DNA from: an uncultured Solirubrobacterales bacterium
GTDB taxonomy: Bacteria; Actinomycetota; Thermoleophilia; Solirubrobacterales; 70-9
DNA length: 64,000 nucleotides
NCBI GenBank assembly: GCA_963695885.1
Contig: CAVOIH010000032.1
Span: forward strand, 31,188-95,187
Direction: 5' to 3'
Both the position numbers and the translations under genes were made by a program. Numbering within the stretch: position 1 is the first letter of the stretch; every line of letters starts with the position of its first letter. The notes below the pieces were generated by a model. The model searched no databases and had not been told where the DNA came from. It was given only the letters and a program-made list of their open reading frames with translations. Positions 26,211-36,078 of the stretch are shown here, piece after piece.

Positions 26211-28901
26211 CTACTGGTCGTGCTCTGGGGACCACGCCTCCAGCCCGTCGTCGCCGTCGTCGAGGTCGAGGGCCCCGGTTTCGCCTTCGTAGCGGTCTTC
26301 GGCTTCGGTCTTTTCGTTCTTGGCGTCCGAGCCGTTGTCGTTCCCGGCGGTCGTCTCGGCCTTGCCGTTCTTCTGATTGCCGTTCTCTCCGCCGCCGTTC
26401 TTCTTCTTGCGGCGGCGGCGCTTCTTGCCGCCCTTCGGGAAGTTGCGGAGCAGTTCGCGGGCGACGGCCGAGGGCTTCCTGGCCATCCGCATCCGGGCGC
26501 CGCGGAGGACCTCTTCGCCCTCGGGGGTGTGGGCGACCGCGGCTGCCAGCAGTGAGACCGCGAGGCGGCGGTCCTGCTTGCGCGCGGCCTGGACGAGCTT
26601 GCGCGCGTTCTTGCCGTGGGCGCGGCCGGCGGAGTTGACCAGCAGGCCGAGAAGACGCTTGGTCTCGGGCCAGCGCTGGACGGCGTACTCCTCGTGGAGC
26701 TCGCGGGTGTAGGAGGCGAGGCGCCACACCCAGGCCTGGGCCTGGTCGCGCCGGCCGATTCGCTTGTCCACCAGCGCCTGGAGCAGCACCTTGGTGCCGG
26801 CGCGTTTGTCCTCGCGGCCCCAGGTGCCGACGATGTCGATCGCGTCGTCGAAGGCCTCGGCGTCCTTGAGGCCGGCGATCTCGGTCAGGGCCTTGATCTT
26901 CAGCTGGGCGTTGCGGTTCCGCTGGACGCAGGTGAGCAGGTAGCGCCGTCGGAGTTCCCTGGTCTTGTCGTGCTGGAGCATCGCCTTCGCGCGGCGCCAG
27001 CCCTGGGTGGTGACCCGGGCACCGGCGAGAGCGGCCCAGACGTGCTGCTCGGCGTAGTCGAGGTTCTCGACGGCGATCCGCCAGATGTCGCGCTCGAGCA
27101 CCTCGATGCGCTTCTGCGGGTCGTCGGAGACGGGGACGATGCGTCTCTCAACCCGCACCTTCCGGCCACGGCCGCGGCGGACGGGCCCGACCACGATTGC
27201 GCCGCCGCGGTAGACGTCGCGGTCGAGCAGGCTGTGGAGCGTGACGATCGACTCGTCGTGGGTGGTCGCCGGGTGGACGAAGTCGATCACCAGGCCGGCT
27301 TCCTTGCCCGGGGCGCGACGGGTCACGCGGCCGACCCGCTGCTGGTAGATGCGCTTCGAAGCGGTCGGCGCCAGGTGCATGCAGATAGTGGCGCGGGGGG
27401 AGTTCCAGCCCTCGGCCAGCAGCTGCGCGTTGCAGAGCACGTCGATCTCACCGCGCTCGAAGGCGGCCAGGGTCTCGGTCAGCTCGCGCTTGGGGGTCTC
27501 GCCGGAGACCGCCTTGGCGTTGATGCCGAACTCGCGAAAGGCGGCGGCGACGTTCTTCGCGTGCTGGACGCCGGCGGTGTAGAGCACCCCCGGGGCCTTG
27601 CGGAACCTCGACTTGTAGAGGTCGGCGATCGCCATGTTGAAGGGGGCCTGGTCGAGCAGCTTCGCCAGTTCGTCCTGGTCGAAGTCCTGGTCGACCTCGC
27701 CTTTTCGCAAGGGGACCTTGGCGATCGTCCTCACGCCGGGCCCGGGCGGGATGCGCAGGCACCGGAGCGGCGAGATCACGCCGCGGCGGGCGGCCTGCGC
27801 CAGGTCGAAGCGGGAAGTCTGGGTGGGGAAGAGGTCGGCGACGTGGCGGGCGATCAGGGCGCCGGTCGCGGTCATGCCGATGAAGATCGGTCCGGTCCAG
27901 GCGCGGATGCAGGCGCTGGTCTTCTCGCCGAGGGCGGTGTGGGCCTCGTCGCAGATCACCACGGTGTAGGCGTTCGAGACACGTTTGGCGTTCCGCACGA
28001 ACCACTGGTAGGTCTCGACGGTGACCGGGCCGTCGGCTTCGTCGCGGCCGTCGAGCAGCGGCGGGCGCAGCCGCTCCTTGTACCCGCGGTCGGAGATCTC
28101 GCCGATGAACTGGTCGACCAGGTTGCGGCGGTGGGTGAGGATCAGGACGCCGCCGGTGCGGGTGGCGTCGATGAAGCCGACCGCGGCGACGGTCTTGCCG
28201 GCCCCGGTCGCGTGTTCGAACCAGAAGCGGCGGGCGGCTCCGGCGTCATCGGTGGTGGCATCGACGTCAACGTCTTCGTCCTCCTCGCCCTTCTCCTCGG
28301 TCCAGTCCTGGGGTTCTTCGTCCTCTTCCTCGGCGGCCGCTTCGAGGTCCTCGACGACGTCGCCTTCGTGGTCGTCTTCGCCGGCTTCGACGTCCGCGTC
28401 CTCGTCTTCCTCGGGTTCAGGCCGGGGCACTTCCTCGACTGCCGAGAATTCGATCGCGTCGTTGTCGGCCGCCACCTGCTGCTCGGCGAGCAGCTCGGTC
28501 AGGGTGCCGGACAGGGCGTCGACCTGATGGGGGTTGAGCTCGGCTCCATCGAGGAGCTTGGGCTGCTCGTCGCTGATCAGCCGTTCGAGGCCGAGCAGCA
28601 GCGAGAAGTTGCGGCGCCATTCGAGTGAGGGCTCTTCGTTTCCGGCGTCGATCTCGGCGAGCGCGGAATCGAGCGCGCGGCGGCGGGCGGTGCCGGGCAG
28701 GAGCGCGTCGGCACTCTCGTCGCCCAGCAGGAAAGGCTCACGGGCAAACGCCGATGCTCGTTCGATGTCTGAAGCTGAAGGGGCCGTCTGCTTGACGGGC
28801 GCTGCTGTGCTCGGGGCCATTAAGCCTTCGTAGGTAGTCCGGACCATGATCTGGGTCCAGCCCGGACGAGTTGGATGGTGGAAAATCTCCGTCGGCGACA
28901 A
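26211..28901 (-). CDS. Large SF2 (DEAD/DEAH, type III restriction Res-like) helicase with charged low-complexity segments
   Basis: 896 aa. ATGAGKT Walker A, VVICDEAH motif II, MTATG motif III, QQRVGRVTR motif VI. The start may be an internal Met (codon 19 or 28). Confidence 0.75.
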   Translation of the reverse strand: MSPTEIFHHPTRPGWTQIMVRTTYEGLMAPSTAAPVKQTAPSASDIERASAFAREPFLLGDESADALLPGTARRRALDSALAEIDAGNEEPSLEWRRNFSLLLGLERLISDEQPKLLDGAELNPHQVDALSGTLTELLAEQQVAADNDAIEFSAVEEVPRPEPEEDEDADVEAGEDDHEGDVVEDLEAAAEEEDEEPQDWTEEKGEEDEDVDVDATTDDAGAARRFWFEHATGAGKTVAAVGFIDATRTGGVLILTHRRNLVDQFIGEISDRGYKERLRPPLLDGRDEADGPVTVETYQWFVRNAKRVSNAYTVVICDEAHTALGEKTSACIRAWTGPIFIGMTATGALIARHVADLFPTQTSRFDLAQAARRGVISPLRCLRIPPGPGVRTIAKVPLRKGEVDQDFDQDELAKLLDQAPFNMAIADLYKSRFRKAPGVLYTAGVQHAKNVAAAFREFGINAKAVSGETPKRELTETLAAFERGEIDVLCNAQLLAEGWNSPRATICMHLAPTASKRIYQQRVGRVTRRAPGKEAGLVIDFVHPATTHDESIVTLHSLLDRDVYRGGAIVVGPVRRGRGRKVRVERRIVPVSDDPQKRIEVLERDIWRIAVENLDYAEQHVWAALAGARVTTQGWRRAKAMLQHDKTRELRRRYLLTCVQRNRNAQLKIKALTEIAGLKDAEAFDDAIDIVGTWGREDKRAGTKVLLQALVDKRIGRRDQAQAWVWRLASYTRELHEEYAVQRWPETKRLLGLLVNSAGRAHGKNARKLVQAARKQDRRLAVSLLAAAVAHTPEGEEVLRGARMRMARKPSAVARELLRNFPKGGKKRRRRKKKNGGGENGNQKNGKAETTAGNDNGSDAKNEKTEAEDRYEGETGALDLDDGDDGLEAWSPEHDQ

Positions 28902-28955
28902 GTGATCGTCGGCCGCCGCAAACCTTCGTGACCTGACCCTGCGAAGATCAGATAC

Positions 28956-29576
28956 GTGTATTTAACCACGACTGGCATGTCAAAGTCGCCACACACCCCT
29001 TCTCGCACCCTCGCTGTCGCCCTGATCGGCCTGATCTGCGCGATTGCGCTGGCCGCCTGCGGGTCGGGCGATTCCGGAGGAGGTGGCTCCCCGCCCCCGG
29101 ATTACGCCGCGAAGCTGGCCGGATCTCCGCCTCCGCTGGCTGCCCTCCACAAGCAGGAGAACCAGGTGCTCGAAGGCGGAAAGGATGCGTTCGAGGCCCG
29201 GATCGGCGAGCTCGAAGGCTTCCCCAAGGTAGTAAACGTCTGGGGCTCCTGGTGCGGCCCGTGCCGGGCCGAGTTCCCCCATTTCCAGGAAGTGAGCGCT
29301 AATCTCGGCCGGAAGGTCGCGTTCCTCGGGATCGATTCGGACGACGACACGCCTTCGGCCGAGCAGTTTCTCTCCGACAACCCGGTGCCGTACCCGAGCT
29401 ACTCCGACCCGGACAAGGAGATCGGCAACTCGCTCGGGGCCACCCACGGCATCCCGGCGACCGTCTTCTTCGACGACGCCGGTGAGCAGACCTTCACCAA
29501 GTTCGGTCCCTACACCGATACGGCGGAGCTGGAAGCCGACATCGAGACCTACGCCATCAAGGGCGAGAACGGTTGA
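28956..29576 (+). CDS. TlpA/ResA-family thiol:disulfide oxidoreductase lipoprotein
   Basis: 206 aa. Lipobox LAAC, thioredoxin motif WGSWCGPCRAEFP. Confidence 0.75.
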   Translation: MYLTTTGMSKSPHTPSRTLAVALIGLICAIALAACGSGDSGGGGSPPPDYAAKLAGSPPPLAALHKQENQVLEGGKDAFEARIGELEGFPKVVNVWGSWCGPCRAEFPHFQEVSANLGRKVAFLGIDSDDDTPSAEQFLSDNPVPYPSYSDPDKEIGNSLGATHGIPATVFFDDAGEQTFTKFGPYTDTAELEADIETYAIKGENG

Positions 29577-29583
29577 AATCCAA

Positions 29584-29628
29584 AGTGGAAACGATCCGCA
29601 CAGCCTGACCGTGCGGATCCGTTCCACT
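29584..29628 (+). terminator. Long imperfect hairpin 3' of the tlpA-like gene
   Basis: agtggaaacgatccgcac-agcctgacc-gtgcggatccgttccact (7 + 9 bp with a 2-nt internal mismatch), 8 nt after the stop. No U-tract. Confidence 0.45.
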
Positions 29629-29664
29629 TCCGGCCGGATGCCCTCCGCCGGTACGCTGCAGTAA

Positions 29665-30318
29665 GTGGAACTGACCGACCCGACACTCGTTTTCCTGCTG
29701 ATCACCCTCGGGCTGGTCGGAGTGGGGATCGAGACCCTCACGCCGGGCGGTTTCGTACCCGGGCTGGTCGGCATCGTCGCCCTCGTCCTCGGCGTCATCG
29801 GAGCGGTCGACCTGAACGCCACGATCGGCGGCATCGGCCTGCTGATCCTCTCGGTCGCCTTCTTCATCGGCGCCGTCGCGCTGAAGCTCTACCGGCCGCT
29901 CGCGCTCGCCGGCATCGTCGCCCTGATCTTCTCGGGCATCTTCATGTTCGATCGCGACATCGATCCCACTTCGATCCCGATCGTCGCGATCGGCTCGGTC
30001 CTGCTCGGCGCGTTCCTGCTCTTCGTGATCGAGCGCGTCAGCAAGGTGAAGGCGTCCCCGGTGCGTTACGGCCCGGAGGAACTGGTCGGGCTGACCGGCG
30101 ACGTGCGCCAGGGCCTCAACCCGACCGGACAGGTCTTCATCGACGGCGCCCTCTGGCAGGCCGAGCTCTCCGAGCCTTCGAACAAGGCCACCGTCGGCGA
30201 CCGCATCCGGGTCGACGGCCTGCGCGGCCTCACCCTTCTGGTCAGCCCCGACCTCGGCGATCCCGCCAGGAACGGGTCGACCGGCACCTCGAGCCAACCA
30301 ACTGAAGGAGCTGACTGA
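29665..30318 (+). CDS. NfeD family membrane protein
   Basis: 217 aa, GTG start. N-terminal TM helices and a C-terminal OB-like region ([26 protein letters not shown]). Immediately upstream of the SPFH gene, the classic nfeD-stomatin pairing. Confidence 0.75.
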   Translation: MELTDPTLVFLLITLGLVGVGIETLTPGGFVPGLVGIVALVLGVIGAVDLNATIGGIGLLILSVAFFIGAVALKLYRPLALAGIVALIFSGIFMFDRDIDPTSIPIVAIGSVLLGAFLLFVIERVSKVKASPVRYGPEELVGLTGDVRQGLNPTGQVFIDGALWQAELSEPSNKATVGDRIRVDGLRGLTLLVSPDLGDPARNGSTGTSSQPTEGAD

Positions 30319-30320
30319 CA

Positions 30321-31220
30321 ATGGAAGTCCTGGGCGCTTTCGTGATCATCCTCGCCATCTTCCTGCTGGTGGTGCTGTTCGCGGCCATCAAGATCCTGCG
30401 CGAGTACGAGCGCGGCGTGATCTTCCGGCTGGGCCGCCTGATCAACACCAAGGGGCCGGGCCTGATCCTGCTGATCCCGTTCATCGACCGCATGGTGAAG
30501 ATCGACCTGCGGACGGTCACCCTCAACATCCCGCCACAGGAGGTGATCACCCGCGACAACGTTCCGACCTCGGTCAACGCCGTCTGTTACTTCCGGGTGA
30601 TCGACCCGAACCGGGCGATCACCGACGTCGAGAACTTCCTGATCGCCACCTCGCAGATCTCCCAGACCTCGCTGCGGGCGGTGCTCGGCAAGGCCGAGCT
30701 CGACGAGATCCTCGCCGAACGGGAACGCTTGAACGAGTCCCTCCAGAAGATCATCGACGAGCAGACCGAACCCTGGGGCGTCAAGGTCACGACGGTGGAG
30801 ATCAAGGACGTCGAGATCCCCGAGCAGATGCAGCGGGCGATGGCCCGCCAGGCCGAGGCCGAGCGTGAGCGGCGCGCCAAGATCATCAACTCCGAGGGCG
30901 AGTACCAGGCCGCGGAGAAGCTGACCCAGGCCGCCGACATCATCAGCCGCAACCCGGCGTCGCTCCAGCTCCGTTACCTGCAGACCCTGCTCGAGATCAG
31001 CGGCAACCAGAACTCGACCGTGATCTTCCCGCTGCCGATGGACTTGATCTCGGCCTTCCAGGAAGGCATGAAGGGCCTGCCGAGCGTGATGGCCCGGAAG
31101 GACAATCCGGCCAATCCGGACTACGTGAAGCCGACCATCGACGACCTGCCGGTGCCGGAGCCGCCACCGGAAGAGGAACCGCCGGCCGACGAGCCCCCGC
31201 TTCCGCCCTCGCGGCAGTAG
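30321..31220 (+). CDS. SPFH/Band 7 (stomatin-like) protein
   Basis: 299 aa. [18 protein letters not shown]...[14 protein letters not shown]...[10 protein letters not shown]. Confidence 0.85.
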   Translation: MEVLGAFVIILAIFLLVVLFAAIKILREYERGVIFRLGRLINTKGPGLILLIPFIDRMVKIDLRTVTLNIPPQEVITRDNVPTSVNAVCYFRVIDPNRAITDVENFLIATSQISQTSLRAVLGKAELDEILAERERLNESLQKIIDEQTEPWGVKVTTVEIKDVEIPEQMQRAMARQAEAERERRAKIINSEGEYQAAEKLTQAADIISRNPASLQLRYLQTLLEISGNQNSTVIFPLPMDLISAFQEGMKGLPSVMARKDNPANPDYVKPTIDDLPVPEPPPEEEPPADEPPLPPSRQ

Positions 31221-31223
31221 GCC

Positions 31224-32309
31224 TTGGCACAACACGAATTGGGGCAATCGCCGCACGAATTGGGGCAATCGCCGGAAATCAGGATCGATCAGCTCACCGG
31301 GACCCGGGTGCTGATCGCTCCCGGCCGGGCCGAGCGGCCGGACCAGTTCGAGATGGCGGACCGGGAGCAACAGGGTCCCGAAGGCTGCCCGTTCTGCGAA
31401 GGGAACGAGGCGGATACGCCGCCCGAGATCGATGCCGACCGCCCGGGCGGCTCGGTTCCCGACGGTCCCGGCTGGCAGACCCGCACCGTGCCCAATCTCT
31501 ACCCCGCGCTCGTTCCCGAAGAGGAGGCCGAGGGCGATGCCGAGACCGGCGCGGGCGCCTTCGCGAGCTCCGCCGACCCCCTCCTGGCGTCGTCGCGTTC
31601 GGCCGAACCCGACATGTTCGCGTCGCGCCCCGCGATCGGCCACCACGACGTGGTCGTCAACTCTCCGCGGCACATGACCTCGATCGGCGAGCTCGAACCG
31701 GCGGAACTCGAGGTCGTCGTGGCCGCCTGGCGCCGGCACATGAAGTCCCGTGGCGACTCGCCCTACGTCCAGCTGATCCTGAACGAAGGCCCGGACTCGG
31801 GCGCCTCGCTCGAACACAGCCACGCCCAGATCGCAGCGTCGCCCTTCGTGCCCGCCTCGGTGGCCCGCGAACGGGAGCGCTTCAATTCCTACCGCGAGCG
31901 GACCGCCGGAGCCAGTCTGCTCGGCGAGGTCCTGCGAGAGGAGATCCGGCGCGGTGACCGGCTGGTCGCGATCGACGACGAGGTCGCCTTGATCTGCCCT
32001 TGGGCCTCGCGTTTCCCGTACGAACTGAGGATCATCCCCCGGCGCCCGCAGGCCAGGTTCGAGGACGACCAGGGTGGTGCGGCAATGCTCGGCCGCGCGA
32101 TCGAGGGCCTGAACGAGCTGTTCGGCCGGCAGCCCCAGCTGAACCTCTGGGTGAAGACGGCGCCGCGGGGAGTCGAGCATTTCCACTGGCACCTCGACCT
32201 GGTCCCGCGGCTCGAGCCGTCCTCGTCGTTCGAGATGGCGACCGGCGTCAACATCAACGTGATCACGCCGGAGAAAGCGGCCGAAGGCTTGCGCGAAGCA
32301 ATGTCGTAG
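31224..32309 (+). CDS. galT: Galactose-1-phosphate uridylyltransferase family (HIT-type nucleotidyltransferase)
   Basis: 361 aa. CPFCEGNE zinc knuckle, NLYPAL, active-site HSHAQI. The TTG start region contains a 21-bp tandem duplication, so the start codon is uncertain. Confidence 0.8.
   Translation: MAQHELGQSPHELGQSPEIRIDQLTGTRVLIAPGRAERPDQFEMADREQQGPEGCPFCEGNEADTPPEIDADRPGGSVPDGPGWQTRTVPNLYPALVPEEEAEGDAETGAGAFASSADPLLASSRSAEPDMFASRPAIGHHDVVVNSPRHMTSIGELEPAELEVVVAAWRRHMKSRGDSPYVQLILNEGPDSGASLEHSHAQIAASPFVPASVARERERFNSYRERTAGASLLGEVLREEIRRGDRLVAIDDEVALICPWASRFPYELRIIPRRPQARFEDDQGGAAMLGRAIEGLNELFGRQPQLNLWVKTAPRGVEHFHWHLDLVPRLEPSSSFEMATGVNINVITPEKAAEGLREAMS
31233..31274 (+). repeat. Perfect 21-bp x2 tandem duplication (cacgaattggggcaatcgccg) at the galT 5' end
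   Basis: Read directly. Encodes HELGQSP-HELGQSP and duplicates an in-frame TTG. Confidence 0.9.
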
Positions 32310-32318
32310 GGTCCTGAC

Positions 32319-33008
32319 ATGCCCTTGGAGAATCGCCCCATCCCGCACTTCATCGCCGACGCGTCCCGGCACGGCATCCCCCACGGCCGCTTCGCCGAGC
32401 GCCTCGCGACCGTCTTCCGCGACGCCTGCGCCGAGATCGACGACCTGCCCGAAGGGACCGCGATGCCGGACGAGATCGTCTGGTTCCCCGAGCGTGCCTG
32501 GGCGGGCCGGGTCTGGATCCCCGCCAGCGCCGCCGGAGAGGCGAAACTCGAGGGCGGCGGCGAGCCGGCCGACATCGAGTTCTTCGGTTTCGTCTCCTTC
32601 GTCCAGCCGGCCGGTGGGGACCCGACCGATTTCACCGCTTCGGTCGACTTCACCGACGTGATCGCGGCCGACAACCCCGACTGGGCGATCGACCTCGGCG
32701 ACGAGGTGATCGGCAAGTACCAGGGCGAGAACGGCCGCGAGGCGGACATCACCCTGGTCTGGGGCCGCTCCCTGATCAGGGATGCCTTCGCCGCCACGGC
32801 CGAGCTGAACGGCGACACGGTCGACCAGGACCCGCTCTTCTCGGACCGCTTCACCCTGATCGCGCCGGACGCCCTCAAGAACTACGGCGACGATGCCTAC
32901 CTCGACATCTACCTCTGGACCTCGCGCGGCAAGCAGGTCGCCCGCGAGAGCCTCTACGACATCGAAGAGGTCGAGCCGGAGCCGGTGGAAGACTCACCGG
33001 AACCCTGA
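32319..33008 (+). CDS. Hypothetical acidic protein
   Basis: 229 aa with coding-like composition, 10 nt after galT. No recognised family. Confidence 0.5.
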   Translation: MPLENRPIPHFIADASRHGIPHGRFAERLATVFRDACAEIDDLPEGTAMPDEIVWFPERAWAGRVWIPASAAGEAKLEGGGEPADIEFFGFVSFVQPAGGDPTDFTASVDFTDVIAADNPDWAIDLGDEVIGKYQGENGREADITLVWGRSLIRDAFAATAELNGDTVDQDPLFSDRFTLIAPDALKNYGDDAYLDIYLWTSRGKQVARESLYDIEEVEPEPVEDSPEP

Positions 33009-33055
33009 TGAGGCAGGATTAGTTTCGGGTTACGTTGGCGTGGTTGGATGGCTTC

Positions 33056-34213
33056 ATGAGTCTGCATGAGATGGAACAACTCCGAGACCTGATCGAAACC
33101 CCCACGGAAGGGCCGGTCCTCTCGGTCTTCTGCCGCACCGACCCTCGAGACCCGGCGAGCCGGAGTGAGACTCCGGGCTGGCTGGTCGCCCTCAAGAACG
33201 GCCTCCGAGAGGCGGCCGCGGGATACGAGGCTGATCCGGAAACGACGAAACAGGTTGAAAAGTTGTGCCAAGCCGCCGAACAGAGGCTGACCGGTGCCAG
33301 TGCCACCGACCGCGGCCGGAGCGTGGCGTTCTTTCTCAGCGCCTGCGGGAGCATCGACAGCTTCCACACCTTCCAGATCCCGGTGCGTGATGACTACGTG
33401 GCCATCGAGGACGGGGCGGTCGTCTGGCCTGTAGTTGACCTGCTCGACCGGGGCCAGCGGTCCGGTCTCGTTCTCGTCAGCCAGGACCACATCCGCGTTC
33501 TCGAATGGCGAGACGGGCACGTCCGCGACCTGGAGGCTTCCACCTTCGACCTCGAACTCGGCGACTGGCGCGATTACCGCGGCACGGCGCGACCGAGCGG
33601 ATCCCGTAGCGGTCAGGCGATCAACAACAAGGCCGCATATGAGGACCGGGTCGAGGAATGGCGGGCCCGGTTCGTCAAGGCCGCATCGAAGGCCGTTGCC
33701 GAGACGGCCGGCGATCTCGGCTTTGACCGGCTGGTCATCGCGGCGGAGGGCGATCTCTGCACGGAGTTCACGGAGGCCTTGCCGAACGGCACGAAGGAAC
33801 TCGTCCGGGCCGAGATCGCGACGAACCTGATCGACATGTCGCCGGCCGACGTCGCGGACCACCTCGACCCACACTTGCGTGATGCGTGGCGCGACCAGGT
33901 GAGCGAAGCCGCCAACCAGGCCATGGTCAGGGTCCGGGCGGCCGATCGTGGTGCCGCGGACGCGGACGAGGTACTGCTCGCCTTGACCGAAGGGCGGGTG
34001 GAGCATCTGCTGATCGACCCGTATCTGGAAGCCCACGTTGACACCCTTTCCGACGGCGCCCGCCAGGCGATCAAGGATGCCGGTGAAGTTACGCTCCAGG
34101 AAACTCTGGTCGAACTGGCGATCCGCACCGACGCGAAGGTCAGCTCGGCATCTGTCGAAGAGGTGCCGGTCCTCGCCGAAGCCGGCGGGGTACTGGCGCT
34201 GCTCCGCTACTGA
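33056..34213 (+). CDS. aeRF1-type release-factor-like protein (VLRF1 / baeRF family)
   Basis: The N-terminal pattern MSLHEMEQLRDL...GPVLSVFCRTDP...W.VALKNGLRE and the C-terminal ...EAGGVLALLRY (eRF1/Pelota domain-3-like ending) match my recollection of the VLRF1 family. The alternative TTG start at 33035 is the one used in the track. Confidence 0.6.
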   Translation: MSLHEMEQLRDLIETPTEGPVLSVFCRTDPRDPASRSETPGWLVALKNGLREAAAGYEADPETTKQVEKLCQAAEQRLTGASATDRGRSVAFFLSACGSIDSFHTFQIPVRDDYVAIEDGAVVWPVVDLLDRGQRSGLVLVSQDHIRVLEWRDGHVRDLEASTFDLELGDWRDYRGTARPSGSRSGQAINNKAAYEDRVEEWRARFVKAASKAVAETAGDLGFDRLVIAAEGDLCTEFTEALPNGTKELVRAEIATNLIDMSPADVADHLDPHLRDAWRDQVSEAANQAMVRVRAADRGAADADEVLLALTEGRVEHLLIDPYLEAHVDTLSDGARQAIKDAGEVTLQETLVELAIRTDAKVSSASVEEVPVLAEAGGVLALLRY

Positions 34214-34425
34214 CCCGGGTGGCCACGTTCCGGCGCCCAGGACGCACCGCGCCGATCAGGGACTGGGCTGGACCGTTTCTTCCGGGACTGCTGGCAGCAT
34301 GGAACGCTGGCACCGAGGCGGTGCTCGAGTACGTCACCGACGACATCTAGTGCCGGGACGTGACGCTTGCCGAAAGTTCGTCGCGCGATCCCGAAGCCGA
34401 CGAGCGGGATAAAGTTTGAAGCCGA

Positions 34426-34499
<74 letters not shown>

Positions 34500-34560
34500 C
34501 TGCAGGCAAATCGATACTGGCCCCTCAGGGCGCGGGGATCCCGATGTGTACCTCCGTTCC

Positions 34561-35871
34561 TCAGAGACTGATGATCGTGTCGATGATCAGGTAGGCGTTC
34601 AGGCAGATGATGATCAGAGCGATGATGCTGGCGGTCACGGTGGTCTTCGTGTCGTTGACCAGGGTGCCCATCAGCTCGGCCTTCCGGGTGACGATGATCA
34701 GCGGAACGAGAGCGAACGGGATGCCCACGGACAGGACGACCTGGGAGAAGACCAGGGTCTGGGTGGTCGGCAGGCCGATTGCCAGGACCACCAGCGCCGG
34801 GGTCATGGTGATGAGCCGCCGGATGTAGATCGGGATGCGGCGCTGGATGAATCCCTGCATCACGACCTGGCCGGCGTAGGTGCCGACGCTCGCCGAGGAG
34901 AGGCCCGAAGCGAGCAAGGCGACCGCGAACGCCATCGCCGCGCCGCCGCCAACCAGATTCTCCAGACCGGCGTGGGCGCCTTCGATCGAGTCGATGTCGA
35001 GGTTGCCGGTCTTCCGGAAGAGCGCCGCGGCGACGAACAGCATCGTCAGATTGATCAGGCCGGCGATGCTCAGTCCGACGATGCAGTCGATCCTCGTGAA
35101 CCGCAGGATCTTCTGCCGCTCCTCTTCGTTCTCCGGCACGATCCGGCGCTGGACCAGGGCCGAATGGAGGTAGACCACGTGGGGCATGACGGTCGCGCCG
35201 ATGGTTCCGATCGCGAGCAGCACCGACTCGGAACCGGCGAAGCCCGGGATCAATCCCTCGGCGATTCCCGAAGCGGACTGGTCACCGACCGCGATCAAGT
35301 CGTAGAGGAAGCCGAGCGCGACCAGCCCGAGCAGCCCGATGATCGCCAGTTCGAACTTGCGGTAGCCGCGCTGCTCCAGCGTCAGGATCCCGATCGCGAC
35401 CACCGCGGTGATCAGTCCGGCGGCGAACGGCGGGATGCCGAAGATCAGGTTGAGGCCGATGGCCGCGCCGACGAACTCGGCCAGGTCGGTCGCGATCGCG
35501 ACGATCTCCGCCTGAATCCAGAGGAAGAAGTTGGTGGACCGGGGAAAGCTGGCCCGGCAGAGTTCCGGCAGGCTCATCCCGGACGCGAGCCCGGCCTTGG
35601 CCGACAGGTACTGGACGAGCATGGCCATCAGGTTGGCCATGACGATCACCCAGGTGAGGGTGTAGCCGAACTTGGCACCGGACTCGAAGTTGGTGGCGAA
35701 GTTGCCGGGGTCGATGTAGGCCACGGACGCTACGAACGCCGGCCCGAGCAGGGCGAGCCGGCCGCGGATCTTTCCGCGGGCTTCGATCCGTTCCAGCGTC
35801 GAGCCGGGCAGTTCGAGCTGTGGCCCCGGCCCTGCCGGCCGGCCGCTGCCCTCTTCGGGAGGGGGACTCAT
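34561..35871 (-). CDS. mntH: NRAMP-family divalent metal (Mn2+/Fe2+) transporter
   Basis: 436 aa. AYIDPGNFATN, MANLMAMLVQYLSAK. About 11 TM helices. Confidence 0.85.
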   Translation of the reverse strand: MSPPPEEGSGRPAGPGPQLELPGSTLERIEARGKIRGRLALLGPAFVASVAYIDPGNFATNFESGAKFGYTLTWVIVMANLMAMLVQYLSAKAGLASGMSLPELCRASFPRSTNFFLWIQAEIVAIATDLAEFVGAAIGLNLIFGIPPFAAGLITAVVAIGILTLEQRGYRKFELAIIGLLGLVALGFLYDLIAVGDQSASGIAEGLIPGFAGSESVLLAIGTIGATVMPHVVYLHSALVQRRIVPENEEERQKILRFTRIDCIVGLSIAGLINLTMLFVAAALFRKTGNLDIDSIEGAHAGLENLVGGGAAMAFAVALLASGLSSASVGTYAGQVVMQGFIQRRIPIYIRRLITMTPALVVLAIGLPTTQTLVFSQVVLSVGIPFALVPLIIVTRKAELMGTLVNDTKTTVTASIIALIIICLNAYLIIDTIISL

Positions 35872-36078
35872 CAGCCGTCAATCCTACGGAAGTTGAGCAA
35901 CCGGCCGAAAAAAGTTGTGGCATGCCTAATCTTCCCCTCCGGGATGCGCCGTAGGGGGCCGCGCGGATCAGCCCGGATTCGGCGGACCTCCTGAGCGTTG
36001 CCCTGTTGAACGTGGAGGACGCCTTCTTCGCGGTCTGCCTCTTCAGGAGCTTCTTCCTCCCACGGTTACGATCTGTCC

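Noticed and set aside
34219-34350. 43-codon GTG-initiated ORF (MATFRRPGRTAPIRDWAGPFLPGLLAAWNAGTEAVLEYVTDDI) between the aeRF1-like gene and tRNA-Arg
   Set aside because: Its third-position GC is only moderately elevated (33/43 by hand). No RBS or family is recognisable. Chance ORFs of this size are common at this GC content.
35872-36078. Possible yybP-ykoY manganese riboswitch in the mntH 5' region
   Set aside because: The conserved GGGGAGUAG and GAGAGAC-type elements are absent on the mntH strand. Only a weak DtxR-like palindrome remains, reported separately at low interest.
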